NCBI GenBank assembly: GCA_043228905.1
Contig: JBHGNT010000003.1
Location: forward strand, 12,090,001-12,154,000
Direction: 5' to 3'
Source: Azolla caroliniana
Lineage: Eukaryota; Plantae; Polypodiophyta
Length of the DNA stretch: 64,000 bases
The notes under the pieces are model-generated. The model had not been told where the DNA came from and ran no database searches. It saw nothing but the letters and a program-made list of their open reading frames with translations. Below, in pieces: positions 1 through 12,185 of the stretch; position 1 is the stretch's first letter, and each line of letters starts with the position of its first letter. The position numbers and the translations under genes were made by a program.

Positions 1-791
1 TCACTCCCGGACGAAGCACATCCAGCGAAGATATCACTGGATCCCGGAAAGGATAGAAGACAAGGAGTTCGTGCTGACGAAGGTCCACATGGACGAGAAC
101 GGGTCGGATATGCTGACCAAGGTGCTCACACCCGACAAGTTGGAAGCATGCCGGAAGAGGATCGGATTGGAGAGACATCCCATGCCGAAGTGAAGGGGGA
201 GTTTGTTGGGATTACGGTCCCTTCGGATGGGATGGTCGGATGTCAGAGATGAATGACGACAAGCCCGGTTGCGGTTTCGGAACCGGATGATGAAGATCCC
301 GGCTACGGAGCCAGATGACGAATGTACCCGGAGAGAGATCCGGATGCGGGGACATATTTGTGAATATGTTTGCCAAGGGCCCTTGAGGCTATAGTTGTAA
401 ATAGCCCGAAAGTCATATGTGTATAAATATGACTTAGGGCAAACAGTTTTAATGTTGTTGCTCATTTTTCTGTTTTCACCTAGAGGGAGCGAAGTGAGAG
501 CAGCCGAGAGAGAGAGAGAAGGAAGAGGTCGACACCTCTGTGTAATACCGCCGCCTGTGGCGAGGATAGCGAGCTCAAGGTCATCGCTTTGCAGCTCGCC
601 ATTGTATATTTCCCAGCGTATAGTGATAGTCAGAGTCTTGCACTCCCGTGGTTTTTCCCGTCTAGGGTTTTCCACGTTAATCCCTGTGTATTCGTGTCTT
701 TCTCTGTGTTTCCTATTTTCTGCTGCATTGATTCGCGCTTCCTCGGTTGTGGCCGAGTGGTGAAGGTTAATCGAAGCGTTGATTCCCTATA
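1..791 (+). mobile_element. 3' end of a Tork/Tnt1-like Ty1/Copia element (RNase H end, PPT, 3' LTR 204-791), nested in a same-family element
   Basis: ...HSRTKHIQRRYHW...RHPMPK* stop at 191-193 overlaps PPT GAAGGGGGAGTT. LTR starts TGTTGGG at 204 and ends CCCTATA at 791 (CA likely mutated to TA). Same-family pol sequence resumes at 792 (GGTATGTGATGACG). Confidence 0.85.
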
Positions 792-1855
792 GGTATGTGA
801 TGACGTATGCAGGGGGAGCTGTTTCGTGGCAGTCGAGGCTACAGAAGACGGTTGCGTTGTCAACCACGGAGGCGGAGTACATGGCGGCTGTTGAAGCCGG
901 CAAGGAAATAATATGGATGAAGGACTTCATTAGAGAGCTCGGTATCCGGCAGGAGGAGTACCGACTCTACTGCGACAGTCAGAGTGCCATCCACCTTGCG
1001 AAGAATGCGGCCTATCACTCCCGGACGAAGCACATCCAACGAAGATATCACTGGATCCGGGATAGGATAGAAGACAAGGAGTTCGTGCTGACGAAGATCC
1101 ACACGGACGAGAACGGGTCAGATATGCTGACCAAAGTGCTCACACCCGACAAGCTGGAAGCGTGCCGGAAGAGGGTCGGACTGGAAAGACATCCCATGCC
1201 GAAGTGAAGGGGGAGTTTGTTGGGATTACGGTCCCTCCGGATGGGATGGTCAGATGTCCGGGAATCGGGAATGAAGACCCGAATGAGGAGTACCCGGTAT
1301 CGGAACCGGATGATGAAGACCCGGTTTCGGATCCGGATGATGAAGACCCCGGCTACGGAGCCGGATGACGAATGTACCCGGAGAGAGATCCGGATGCGGG
1401 GACATATTTGTGAATATGTTTGCCAAGGGCCCTCTAGGCTATATTTGTAAATAGCCCGAAAGTCATATGTGTATAAATATGACTTAGGGCAAACAGTTTT
1501 GTTGTTGTTGCTCATTTTTCTGTTTTCCACTTAGAGGGAGCGAAGTGAGAGCAGCCGAGAGAGAGAGTGAGAGAGAGAGAGAGAAAGGAAGAGGTTGACG
1601 CCTCTGTGTAATACCGTCGCCTGTGGCGAGGACAGCGAGCTCAAGGTCGTCGCCTTGCAGCTCGCCATTGTACATTCCCTGCGTATAGTGATCGTTGGAG
1701 TCTTGCACTCCCGTGGTTTTTCCCGTCTAGGGTTTTCCACGCTAAACCCTGTGCATTCGAGTCTCTCTCTGTGTTTTCGATTTACTGCTGCATTGACTCG
1801 TGTTTCCTCGGTTGTGGCCGAGAGGTGAAGGTTTTGAAAGCGTCAATTTCTAACA
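792..1855 (+). mobile_element. 3' end of host Ty1/Copia element (RNase H, PPT, 3' LTR 1218-1855)
   Basis: ORF 779-1207 YVMTYAGGAVSWQSRLQKTVALSTTEAEY...RHPMPK. PPT, then LTR TGTTGGG(1218)...CTAACA(1855), followed directly by Gypsy RT sequence. Confidence 0.9.
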
Positions 1856-3450
1856 GGCCTTCTTTTACTGGTCGTCTGAATGCATCCGGATTTGATTATA
1901 CCCACTAAATCCATTAAGGAAGCTGTAAACTTCATGTCTGGATACCGCATCCAATACGCCATCCGTAAATGGTAGCGGAAAGACATTTGTCACCTTGGTT
2001 GCGTTGAGTTTTCGCTAGTCGACAGACACCCGGATTTTCCCGTTCTTCTTCGGTACTATGACTATCGGACTTAACCACGTGGCCTGCTTCACTGGCTGGA
2101 TAAAACCCACTCTGAGCAGCTTGTCAATTTCTTCTTTTACCTTCAACACATAGTTTGGGTTCATCCGGTAATGTCTTTGTGCTACCGGTTTAGCATCCTT
2201 GCTCAAGTGGATCTGATGTTTATATAGCTTGGGGTTCAAATCCTGCATATCTTCATAGGACCATGCAAAGATATCCCTAAATTCTTTCAATAGTTCGATC
2301 AATGCCGTTTTTTTTGTTTGGTGGCATTTCCTTCGCCACGTTGACTTGTTTGGGCGCCTCACTTGTCCCAAGGTCGACCTCTTAAAGTTTGGATGCCTTT
2401 AATCATTGGGATACGACCATCTCTCACTCTAACAATTACTGCGCCTGCCGGAGTTCCCAAATTGCCTCCCGATCTGGCTCGTCAAATTCGTCCTCTTGGT
2501 GTCTAACGTACAACGTGACAACTTCGGCTACATCTACCTTGAAAAGCAGTACGATCTTAGGATGTTCGTCTAAGTACGGGTCGACTTCGTGATCCACCAA
2601 TCCGTCCAACATATTGATACTTTCGGCATATAGGGGTGTTAGCTGCTTGCTCGTATCGACCCGTTCCTAGGTTGGTGCCCGGACTTTGGTTTTCCCTTGT
2701 TTGAAAGTTATCACATTGTTTTGCCAATTCTGCTTAATATGCGTTGTTTACAACCATGGTCTTCCCAATAATAGGGGGTATGCGCCCGATGCATTGAGCT
2801 GCAATACCACGGCGGAAATACAGAATGCATGACCTCTGATCGTTGGCCGGACCAAACTGGTATCTGCCATACGTAACCAGAATGGGCACAATTCCCATTC
2901 GCTGATGTCCAATGTTTCACAAGTCCGTCGGCTGATTACATTCATGTTGGATCCTTGGTCAATAATCTTTCATGGTACCTCACCTCCCTTGATGATGATC
3001 GTTATTGCCGGACTACTCGTGTCTACCACGACTAGTCCTTCTTCTGGATTTGAGAAGAATGTCGCTGCTAGCTCCGGATTGTGTGGTGACAATGCCGACT
3101 TTAACCCTTCCATAAATCTCGGAACCAATTGCAAAACCCAGCCCAGTGCCAACATAATCTGACATTGTTGCCAGGCCGGGTTGTTGTCTGTGCTCTTGAT
3201 TGGAGCTTCTGGGAACTTGGTTTGTTCTTCCAATTCGGTCACGTTCCTTTGATTAGCCTTTTATATCCACTCTATAGCCTGCTTCTGGATTGCCTCCTCA
3301 GTCTCCCATTCCGCAGCCTTCCCTTTTGATCATGTGGTTACTTGTTGTACATCCATGACTTCGGCGGTCACCATGTTAACTATCGATTGTTTCTCTTTGG
3401 CTTTTCCCATGCAACTGTTGTTGTAATGACCTTTCTGCCTGAAGAGAATA
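1856..3450 (-). pseudogene. Decayed Gypsy gag-end/protease/RT fragment, same family as 31481-46915
   Basis: Fragmented ORFs 2015-2371, 2748-2945 and 2970-3242 match the 37323-43135 polyprotein (FAWSYEDM, ATWLSPIVIVPKKNGKIRV, AYPLLLGRPWL). Cut on both sides by Copia LTRs. Confidence 0.9.
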
Positions 3451-3735
3451 TGCGGAATGATGCTCGGCCACAACCGATTCTTCAATCACTTCTTTATGAA
3501 TCACAAACACAGAAATGGGAATATGGAGATAGATGCACGTATACACAAAGAAACTGTAAATAGGAGAGTACACGAGATGTTAACGTGGAAAACCCTGAGA
3601 GGGAAAAACCACGGGAGCCCACAGACTCCAAACTATCACTATATCAAAGAATACAACAGGTGGCATAGAGGCAACGACCTTGTGTTCACACTCCTCGCCT
3701 GGCGGTGGTTTCAATAGAGAATCACTCTGTGTGTG

Positions 3736-3771
<36 letters not shown>

Positions 3772-6640
3772 AAGCTCTGTACAACAGTTACAACAACAAC
3801 ACAATGAAAATAACAACAACCCAATCAGTGTTTGCCCTAGGTCATATTTATACTAATATGACATTAGGACTATTTACAAGTATAGCCCCAACGAGCTCTC
3901 AGAAACATATTTATCTATATGTCCCTTCGTCCGGTGAGAGGTTCTCATCGGGCCTGCATCATCTGGTTCTCACCGGGTCTTCCTTGCCGGGTACACATCA
4001 TATCCCATCTAGAGGGACTGAAATCCTAACAAACTCCCCTTTCACTTTGGCATGGGATGCCTCGTTAGTCCGATCCGCTTCCGGCAAGCGTTCAACTTGT
4101 CGGGTGTCCACACCTTGGTCAGCATATCTGACCTGTTCTCCTCCGTGTGGATTTCTGTCAGCACGAACTCCCGATCTTCTACTCGCTCCTGGATCCAATG
4201 GTACCTACGCTAGATGTGCTTTGTCTTGGAATGATATGCCGCGTTCTTCGCAAGGTGGATGGCACTCTGACTATTGCAATAGAGCCGGTATTCCTCCTGC
4301 CGATCCCTAGCTCTTTGATGAAGTCCTTCATCCATAGTATTTCCTTGTCGGCTTCCACAACTGCCATGTACTCCGCTTCCGTGATTGACAATGCAACCGT
4401 CTTCTGCAGCCTCGACTGCCACGAAACAACTCCCCCTGTGTATGTCATGACGTATCCGGATATTGACTGGCTAGTATCCGCATCAGCCGACATATCCGAA
4501 TCCGTGAAACCGTCATGTTGGGGTTTACCGGAGCCGAATCGGAGGCACATACTTGAGGTGCCTTTCAAGTACAAGAGTATCCATTTTACTGCATTCCAGT
4601 GCTCCTTCCCGGGATTGCTCATAAACCGGCTCACCACTCTGACGGTGTATCCGATATCCAGTCGGGTACACACCATTGCGTACATTAAGCTCCCGACGAC
4701 AGAGGCATATAGTATCTTCATCATATCCACCTTCTCTGCCTTCGTCTTCAGGCTTTGCTTACCGGATAACTTGTAGTTTGCCGGGAGTGTCGATCCAACC
4801 GGTTTCGCATCTGACATGTTGAACCACTGAAGCACCTTTGTCACGTACTTCTCTTGTGAGAGCCACAATTGCTTCTTTGACCGGTCCCGGATGATGTGCA
4901 TCCCCAGTATCTTTCTTTCTGAACCCAAGTCTTTCATTGAGAAGGTCCGCTTAAGGGCCTTCTTCAGCATCCGAATCTTCGCTTGGTCCTGTCCGATGAT
5001 CAACATGTCGTCCACATATAGGAGCAATATCAAGAAGTCTCCTCCATCGAATTTCTTCACAAATACACAGTGATCGGCTTGCATCTTGTGGTACCCTGTA
5101 TCGGTCATGAAGGAGTCAAACTTCCGGTACCATTGCTGGGGAGCCTGCTTCAAACTATAGAGGCTCTTCTTCAACTGGCAAACCAAGTGCTCCTTCCCTT
5201 CACAAATCCTTCCAGTTGCTGCATGTAGATCTCCTCTTCGAGGTCTCCATGGAGGAATGTCGTCTTCACGTCTAATTGCTGTACCTCGAGGTCCATGCTT
5301 GCCGCTATGCTCAACACCGTCCGAATGGAAGTCATCTTTACTACCGGGGCAAATATCTCGCCAAAGTCCACGCCCTTCTTCTACTGGAACCCCTTCACCA
5401 CGATCCTAGCTTTGTATCTTGGGGGGTTGCCGGCATCTCCTGGTTTCAACTTGTACACCCACTTATTCCGGAGTGCCCGCTTTCCTTCTCGGCAACTCCA
5501 CCAGTTCATACGTGTGGTTCTCATGCAGGGAATCCATCTTGTCCTGCATGGCACTCAACCACTTGCGGCTGTGGGTGTTTTCCTTTGCTTCTTCGAAGCT
5601 TTCTGGCCCCCCCTCATCGGTTAGTAGCACGCGCTCTACATCCGGAAATCTCCAGGGGGCCCTTCTCTCTCGGAGAGGATATCTGCGTCCTTGGCTTTCG
5701 GCAATCGGCTCCTCTGTTTGTTCTTCATCCGAATCCGATTCAGGGTCTTGGCCGGTTCTTATTTTTGCTTCTTCTTCTTCTTCGGTCGGTTCGGTTTCCT
5801 CTCTGTAACCGGAAGGTTCTTCGAGTGTCAACCGGCTCTTAGCCGGGTAGGTCTGTACCTCATCGAACCGATCCTTACCGGTCGACTCGGAGTTCATTAT
5901 CTTCTTCTCCGACTCCCAGTCGGCAAGGGTATTGTCCTCCATGAAGATAATATCTCGACTTCGGAAAACCTTCTTGTCGATCGGATCCCACACTCGGTAG
6001 CCGAACTCATCATCACCATATCCGAGGAATATGCAAGGCCGGGACTTTGGATCCAATTTTCCTCTCCGATCCTTTGCAACATGCACGTAAGCGAGACACT
6101 TGAACACCTTTAGATGCCGGTAAGACACTTCCTTACCGGTCCACAGTCTCTGTGGCGTGTCTCCGTCCAAGGGTACTGAGGGTGATCTGTTTATCACGTA
6201 CGTCGTTGTCGCTACCGTCTCAGCCCAAAACGTCTTGGGTAACCTTGCATGTGCCAACATACTCCAAACCCTCTCCATTATGGTCTGGTTTATCCTCTCG
6301 GCCAACCCGTTTAGTTCCGACGTCTTCGGCACGGTAAATTCGAGCCGGACTCCCTTCGAGCGACAGTACTCCTCAAACTGCCCCCAGTATTCGCCTCCAT
6401 TATCTGCTCGAACCGCCTTCAGCTTCCGGCCGGTTTCTCTTTCCACTCTCACGTGGAGCTCCTTGAAGACGGATAACACTTGATCCTTCGTCTTTAGCGG
6501 CGTGGCCCACAACTTCCGGCTGTGGTCATCTATGAACGTCACGAAGTACTGCGATCCGGCATGTGACTTCGTGTCCACTTGACACACATCAGTATGCACC
6601 AGCTCCAGTGGTGCATTACGTTTCATCGGTGGCCTTCGAT
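3451..6640 (-). mobile_element. 5'-truncated decayed Ty1/Copia (integrase-RT-RNase H, PPT, 3' LTR 3451-4031)
   Basis: ORFs 5463-6626 (integrase LELVHTDV, RADNGGEY) and 4179-5186 (RT LLYVDD) with frameshifts. PPT at 4032-4043. LTR has TG..CA termini. Confidence 0.9.
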
Positions 6641-6904
6641 TTGGAGATGCTGAATCAACTGAAGGCCAAGTGGAGAAAAGGGCAGTGTAAAAGGTGCCAA
6701 CACTGCATGAGCAGACAAGCCAACCGAAAGGGTCGAGGCACGTGGAATCGAACGGGTCGACGAGCGCGAGCGAGGCGTGAAGGTATGTTGATCATATATC
6801 AATAAATGATACATATCCTTTTATAAGTTCTATAGTCTATAAAGTAAAGGTACAAGGTTCAAATCCCTATATGCCTATTATAATATTGTACTTGATCCTC
6901 AACA

Positions 6905-8937
6905 CTTCTACTTTATGTTGATGATTTAGTCATTGCCGGTGCCGACCTGTAGGAAATCGGCCGCGTCATGTCCCAACTTGGCACATCATAAAGGATCAAA
7001 GTGGGACCTTCATTACTTCCTTAGGATCAAAGTGGGACCTTCATTACTTCCTTAGGATCAAAGTGATATGCACCCCCTAAGCATACTGATAAGCTAAAGG
7101 CACTATGTGTTGAGTATGCTCTTCAAGTTCGAGATGACAGATTGTAAAACCATCGCAACTCCTCTGGACCGAATCGGGAACGATGTGTGATTGACATGGT
7201 TCTGACAGATAGTTGGAACCTTGATTTACTTGACATCACTCGTACGAACCTCGGCTATACGGTCGGACTGATCAGTCAGTTCATGTCGAAACCGACCATC
7301 GAACACCTTCAATGCGTGCAGAGGATATTGAGATATGTCAGCGGCATTAAGGATAGAGCGTTACTGTATCGAACCAGTGTAGCTGAACAACTAGTTAGCT
7401 ACATGGATGCCGACTAGGCCAGAAATGCTGGTGATCGTCGATCGACTTCTAGATACACTTTTTCCTTAGGAAGTGTGGCGTGTGCATGGAGCAGCAAGAA
7501 ATAGTCGCTAGTCGCACAATTGAGTACTGAGGCCAAGTATCGAGGAGCGGCAATCACAACATGTGAAGCCATTTGGCTCAAGAGACTCTTGAAGGATTTG
7601 CATGTGGAGGTGTTTGAACCGACAATTATATACTGCAGCAACCTCAGTAGCATCCAACTTGCAAAGAACCCTCTCTTTCATGCTCGGACAAAGCACATTG
7701 AGGTGCACTATCATTTTGTCCGTGAGAGTGTCCTCTTCGATGAAGTGGAACTTGTGTATTTTTCAACAAATCGGTAGGTGGCTGACATCTTCACCAAACC
7801 TCTCGTATTGGACAAGTTGCAACAATTTTCGAGCATGCTTGGCTTGCAATACCGAAAAGATGGAGAGAGATGAAGTTTGAAGAACCGAATTAGATGAAGA
7901 GTTTGATCTCGGGACGACAGAAGAAGCCGAGGATGAATGTAGAGGGGGTGGCCAAAAGAAAGAGCCGTAGTCGGCGCCAACCGAACAAAGGGGAAGTAGA
8001 GTCGACAAAGGCAAGGTAGGCAACAACGTCAAGAAGGAGAGAGCTAATTGAAAGAAGAAGCCTAGGACTAGGACAAGGGCAGATGTAGTCAAATGCTTGA
8101 AGGAAGACAAATCGGAGACAACCGATTTGGTTGAGTGGTATAATCCGGATGAGCCGAATCGCATGAAGGCCAAGCGGACAAGGAGGCAGCCGAAGCCAAT
8201 GCTGATACAAGGAAGCCGAGGGGCACCAATGTTGCAATAACGTGGAAGCTGAGAAGGGCCTAAAGAGCAGACGTATTGACTATAGGGATCTAGGAGCGTT
8301 GAACCATAGGGGTTGTGGAATGCAAGACCCGACTGGACGAGGAGTGTGAGCTAGGCGCGAGGATGCCAAGAGGAGCTAGAAGCAAGGACTGGCTAAATCT
8401 AACACGATGAACCGACCTCAAGTTGAGCTTGAGGGGAAGTGTTGAGCAAGCAAGCTCAACATGGGCCAAACTAGCTGGATAAGCTTGTAGGTTAGACTGG
8501 AATTGATCCAGTTGGCTAGGCCCAATGTTCGGACCGGATGCCGGATCGGTTGAAGAAGCCAGATATCAGATCCGGATGATGGAGCGGTTGTGGAAACCAT
8601 TCCGGTATATCACACGTGCCGATTAGAACTATTCTAGGAAATAGGCCTAATATAAGCAGTTAATGAAGAGGCTCTTTTAAGAGCATTGAAATAATGGTCA
8701 GTACTTTTGTCAGTCCTTTTGAGGACTTGTATAAATAGTGCTCACGAAGCACAGTGTATGTACACTAAGCATTTTGTTTACAATAGAATCATTTTGTTGT
8801 CTGCTCTCACTCAGTCTCTCTCTCTCTCGCCCACATTCTATGTGTTTCCCTAACTATAATACTTCCGGATAACCAACCATGTACTCTGTGTCTTCCCATA
8901 TGCTTCCATAGTTATCTTTTTACCGTATCTCATTACA
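6905..8937 (+). mobile_element. Old Ty1/Copia 3' fragment of a different family (RT-RNase H, ~0.6 kb 3' spacer, PPT, LTR ~8440-8937)
   Basis: LLLYVDDL begins at 6905; KNPLFHARTKHIEVHYHF in ORF 7520-7777; many stops. PPT TTGAGGGGAAG, then TGTTGAGC at 8440; LTR end CATTACA at 8937 is less certain. Confidence 0.75.
6992..7064. repeat. 31-bp local tandem duplication (AGGATCAAAGTGGGACCTTCATTACTTCCTT x2 plus partial)
   Basis: Read directly; lies inside the decayed RT. Confidence 0.85.
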
Positions 8938-9518
8938 TGTAGCCCCATCATCCGTGCTCTGTCTGAGTCTGCGATTGGTGTGTCCGTGACATTGGCGCCC
9001 CTTGATCCATCGGTATTAGCTTCGACTGCCTTTCACACTTTTGGTCTCTATCTGATTTGGCTCATTCGAATCTCTCCCATTGTGCAAATCGGTTGTCCCC
9101 TTTCCTTGTTTGGCTGGCTCATCTGGTTCCTGCTCCGCCTCACTGTTGTCCTCATCTGTTCTCCCCCTCAAATATGGCACATCGAGATATTGTAGTCCAA
9201 ACATCTCCAAAAATTGCCGCAACTTGTCCAATCCGAGTCCCTTGATGAAAATATCAGCCACTTGTCGATTAGTTTGAACATATCTTAGTTTCACTTCACC
9301 ACTCACGGCTCGTGCACGAAGTGGTAATGCACTTCTATGTGCTTGGTGCGAGCATGGAAGATGGGGTTCTTCCGCAGCTGGATGCTACTTATGTTATCAT
9401 AGTAGATCGGGATCGGATTGGCAACCACCACTTGCAGATCCCTCAAAAACCGTTTGAGCCATATGGTTTCGCACGTTGCGACATCTGCTCCTCTATATTT
9501 GGCCTTGGTGCTCGATAG
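8938..9518 (-). pseudogene. Decayed Copia RNase H fragment, same family as 6905-8937, opposite orientation
   Basis: ORFs 9303-9527 (KNPIFHARTKHIEVHYHF) and 9016-9306 (QVADIFIKGL). Confidence 0.85.
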
Positions 9519-12185
9519 TGTTGGCATACAAGGCCGACTCCTTCAACTTTGTATCCTTAATAGTGTCAACACGTCCAATAGTTAGGTCTTGATTATATAA
9601 GCCCTAACCTAATGTTGTAACACGACGACTTCTTGTATATTGAATCTTGTAGAGAGAGAGTTAAAGAAATTGTTGGGAAACAGGTCCCTCCGGATGGGAA
9701 CAAAAGAACCAATTTGATGAGTAACTCGGCCAAGGTTGAAACCAAAACCAGAACCGAAATCGAAGTCGAAATCAAAAACCGAAATCGTTTCGGAAGACTA
9801 TAATTGTTAATAGTCTAAAATGCCTCTTGGGGGCTATACTTTGTAAATAGCTAGAAAGTTGTTTTTGTTTATAAGCAACTAGGGAAAACCTTAGTGAGGT
9901 GTAGTTAATCATTATTGTAAAGTTAGAAGGAGGTAGTTTCCTGTGTACCGTGCGTGAGAGTGTGTGTGTAACTCTATAGTGGTTTGTCAGACGAAGGAGA
10001 ACTCGAGGTCGTTGCCTTCGAGTTCCGTATTTGTACTTCCTCTCCGAGGGGTTTTTCTCGGGGTTTGTGAACCCCCCGAGGTTTTTCCCATTTCAGGTTT
10101 TCCACCTAAAATATCAGTGTCTCTATGTCTTCAAGTTTTTTTGTCTGTGTACTAGTTCTTGGTTTTTGCACACGAATACGAACGTGCAACCGGTTGTGGC
10201 CGGTCGATTCCTAACAGAAATAACAAAGCTTCCATTAAAGCTTAAGTGTGCATCCATCTTCTGTTCATCTTCTTGCCCTCATTCTTTCTATGTTGTTTGC
10301 TGAGCATAGCTCAACAGGTCCTCATACATATTTCCGCATATATTCGAACATCATAACCAAGAAGTAGTATTAGAGTGATTTGTTGTTCAACAACGACAAA
10401 TAGCAGAAAAGAGGAGAAGCTATTCAGCTGAAAGAAAAGACCAGGTCAGTTAAATCTTACTTCCTACAAAACATGGCTTCAACATCTGGAACACGAGTTG
10501 AAATCTGAAAATTCGATGGCAAAATTTTGGCCTTGTTGAAGGAGATGATGCAAGATGTGCTAATCATCAGAAGACAAGTTAAAGACAAGTCGAATCCATT
10601 CGACATAGCGAAAAAACCATTACGATGTCAGCCGAAGAGTGGAGATCAATAGACGAAATTGTGCGCTCCACCATCCGAATGCATCTGGCCGAAAACATCT
10701 ACTTTAGCATGGCCAAGGAGACGACAAAATTCTCGTTATGGGAGATGCTGCAAGCTGTGTACGAAAAGATGTCCTCATCTTCGAAATTGATATTGATCAG
10801 ATAACTATTCAACATGAAGATGAGAGAGTTGGATCCCGCCACCTCCCACATGAACACCTTCAACCGGGTGTTATCTAAACTCTCCTCCCAAGGGATTAAC
10901 TTCAAAGAAGAAGTGAAAGCCCTTGCCCTCCTATCGAGCTTGACGGCGAGTTGGGAGGTATTCTGCATGACATTTGCCAATAGCCGACCAAATCTAAATC
11001 TAGAGGAAACAATTGGCCAAGTCCTCACAAAGGACATTCGGTGAAAATCAATGGGACTCACCATCAATGAGTCGGTAGAAGCCCACCACTGAACCGAGTC
11101 GATCAACCAATTCAGTCGATGGAGAGAACATGCCGATAGAACTCGTCAGAATACCAATCGGTCAAGAACGAAGGGAGACCGACAAATATCGAAGTCCAGA
11201 ACCATTTGACCTGGCGATTTCTGTACCCAATATAGAAAAGTAGGAGGTCACAATGTTTCCAACTGTTGGTTGATCAAGAGGAAAGAGAGTGGTCGGTGAT
11301 CTGAGTGTAATCGAGGATGATCCGACTCGATCATTCTCCAGTCGGCAACCAAGTCATTGTTGCCGACACCGAATACAGAGAAATCCTCTCCTTTGAGGAC
11401 TCGATGATCGGAGAAGTTCTCTATAGTGCACAAGATGCACATACGTGGTTGTTGGAGTCCAGCGCCACATTCGATATGACCCCAAAAATCGAATGGTTTT
11501 GGAACTATTCGGTTGGCGCTAACGGCACAGTCTAACTAGGCAACCGACAGGAATGTAAAATATCCGGAGTAGGCGAAGTACCCATTCAATTGTCGAATGG
11601 GAACACAATTATCCTGAACCAAGTCCGACATGTACCTATACTAAAAAGGAGTTTGGTCTCTGTTGGATGTTAGCCTAAGACAAGTACAAAACAACTCTTA
11701 GTTTGTCGGCATGGATGATCAGCCAAGGAAATCTAAAGATTGGCAACTGACACAAGTACAATAACTTGTATGCAATGATGGCTATCAATCCAGAAGGGGT
11801 CGTGAATGTAACCGAAAACACCGACTTGAACCTATGGCATGGCCAACTCTGCCATTTGTCACAATCTGGTTTAGATCGGCTAATGGCGGTTGGCTATATT
11901 CCAAAACTCCAAGCAAAGAAGGATTCCTGCGAGCATTCTAGATACGGGAAGCAGACCCGAAGTCTGCACTCTCTCCATTAGGAGATGGTACGACAACCCT
12001 TAGAGCTCGTGCACATAGATATATATAGGCCTATGCCTGAGCGATCACTAGGTGGTTCCCGATACTTCATCACATTTGTGGATGATTGTACACGGAAGGT
12101 CTGGGCCCACTCGATTAGGTCCAAAGACGAAGCGTTCAAGGTCTTTAGAGGGTGGATAGTTGAAGTGGAGAACCAGTCGGGACAC
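9519..12185 (+). mobile_element. 5' half of an old Ty1/Copia (5' LTR ~9519-10362 interrupted by a solo LTR, decayed PBS, gag-protease-integrase pseudogene)
   Basis: TGTTGGCA at 9519; decayed PBS AGTAGTATTAGAGT at ~10363; gag start MASTSGTRVEI*KFDG at ~10472; integrase PLELVHIDIY...YFITFVDD at 11985-12197. Confidence 0.75.
9671..10216 (+). mobile_element. Solo Copia LTR with 5-bp TSD GAAAT
   Basis: TGTTGGG...CTAACA, flanked by GAAAT at 9666-9670 and 10217-10221. Confidence 0.92.

Noticed and set aside
1-1855. Tandem duplication or assembly error of a Copia 3' end
   Set aside because: The two LTRs differ substantially and the junction falls exactly at an LTR terminus, which fits nested insertion.
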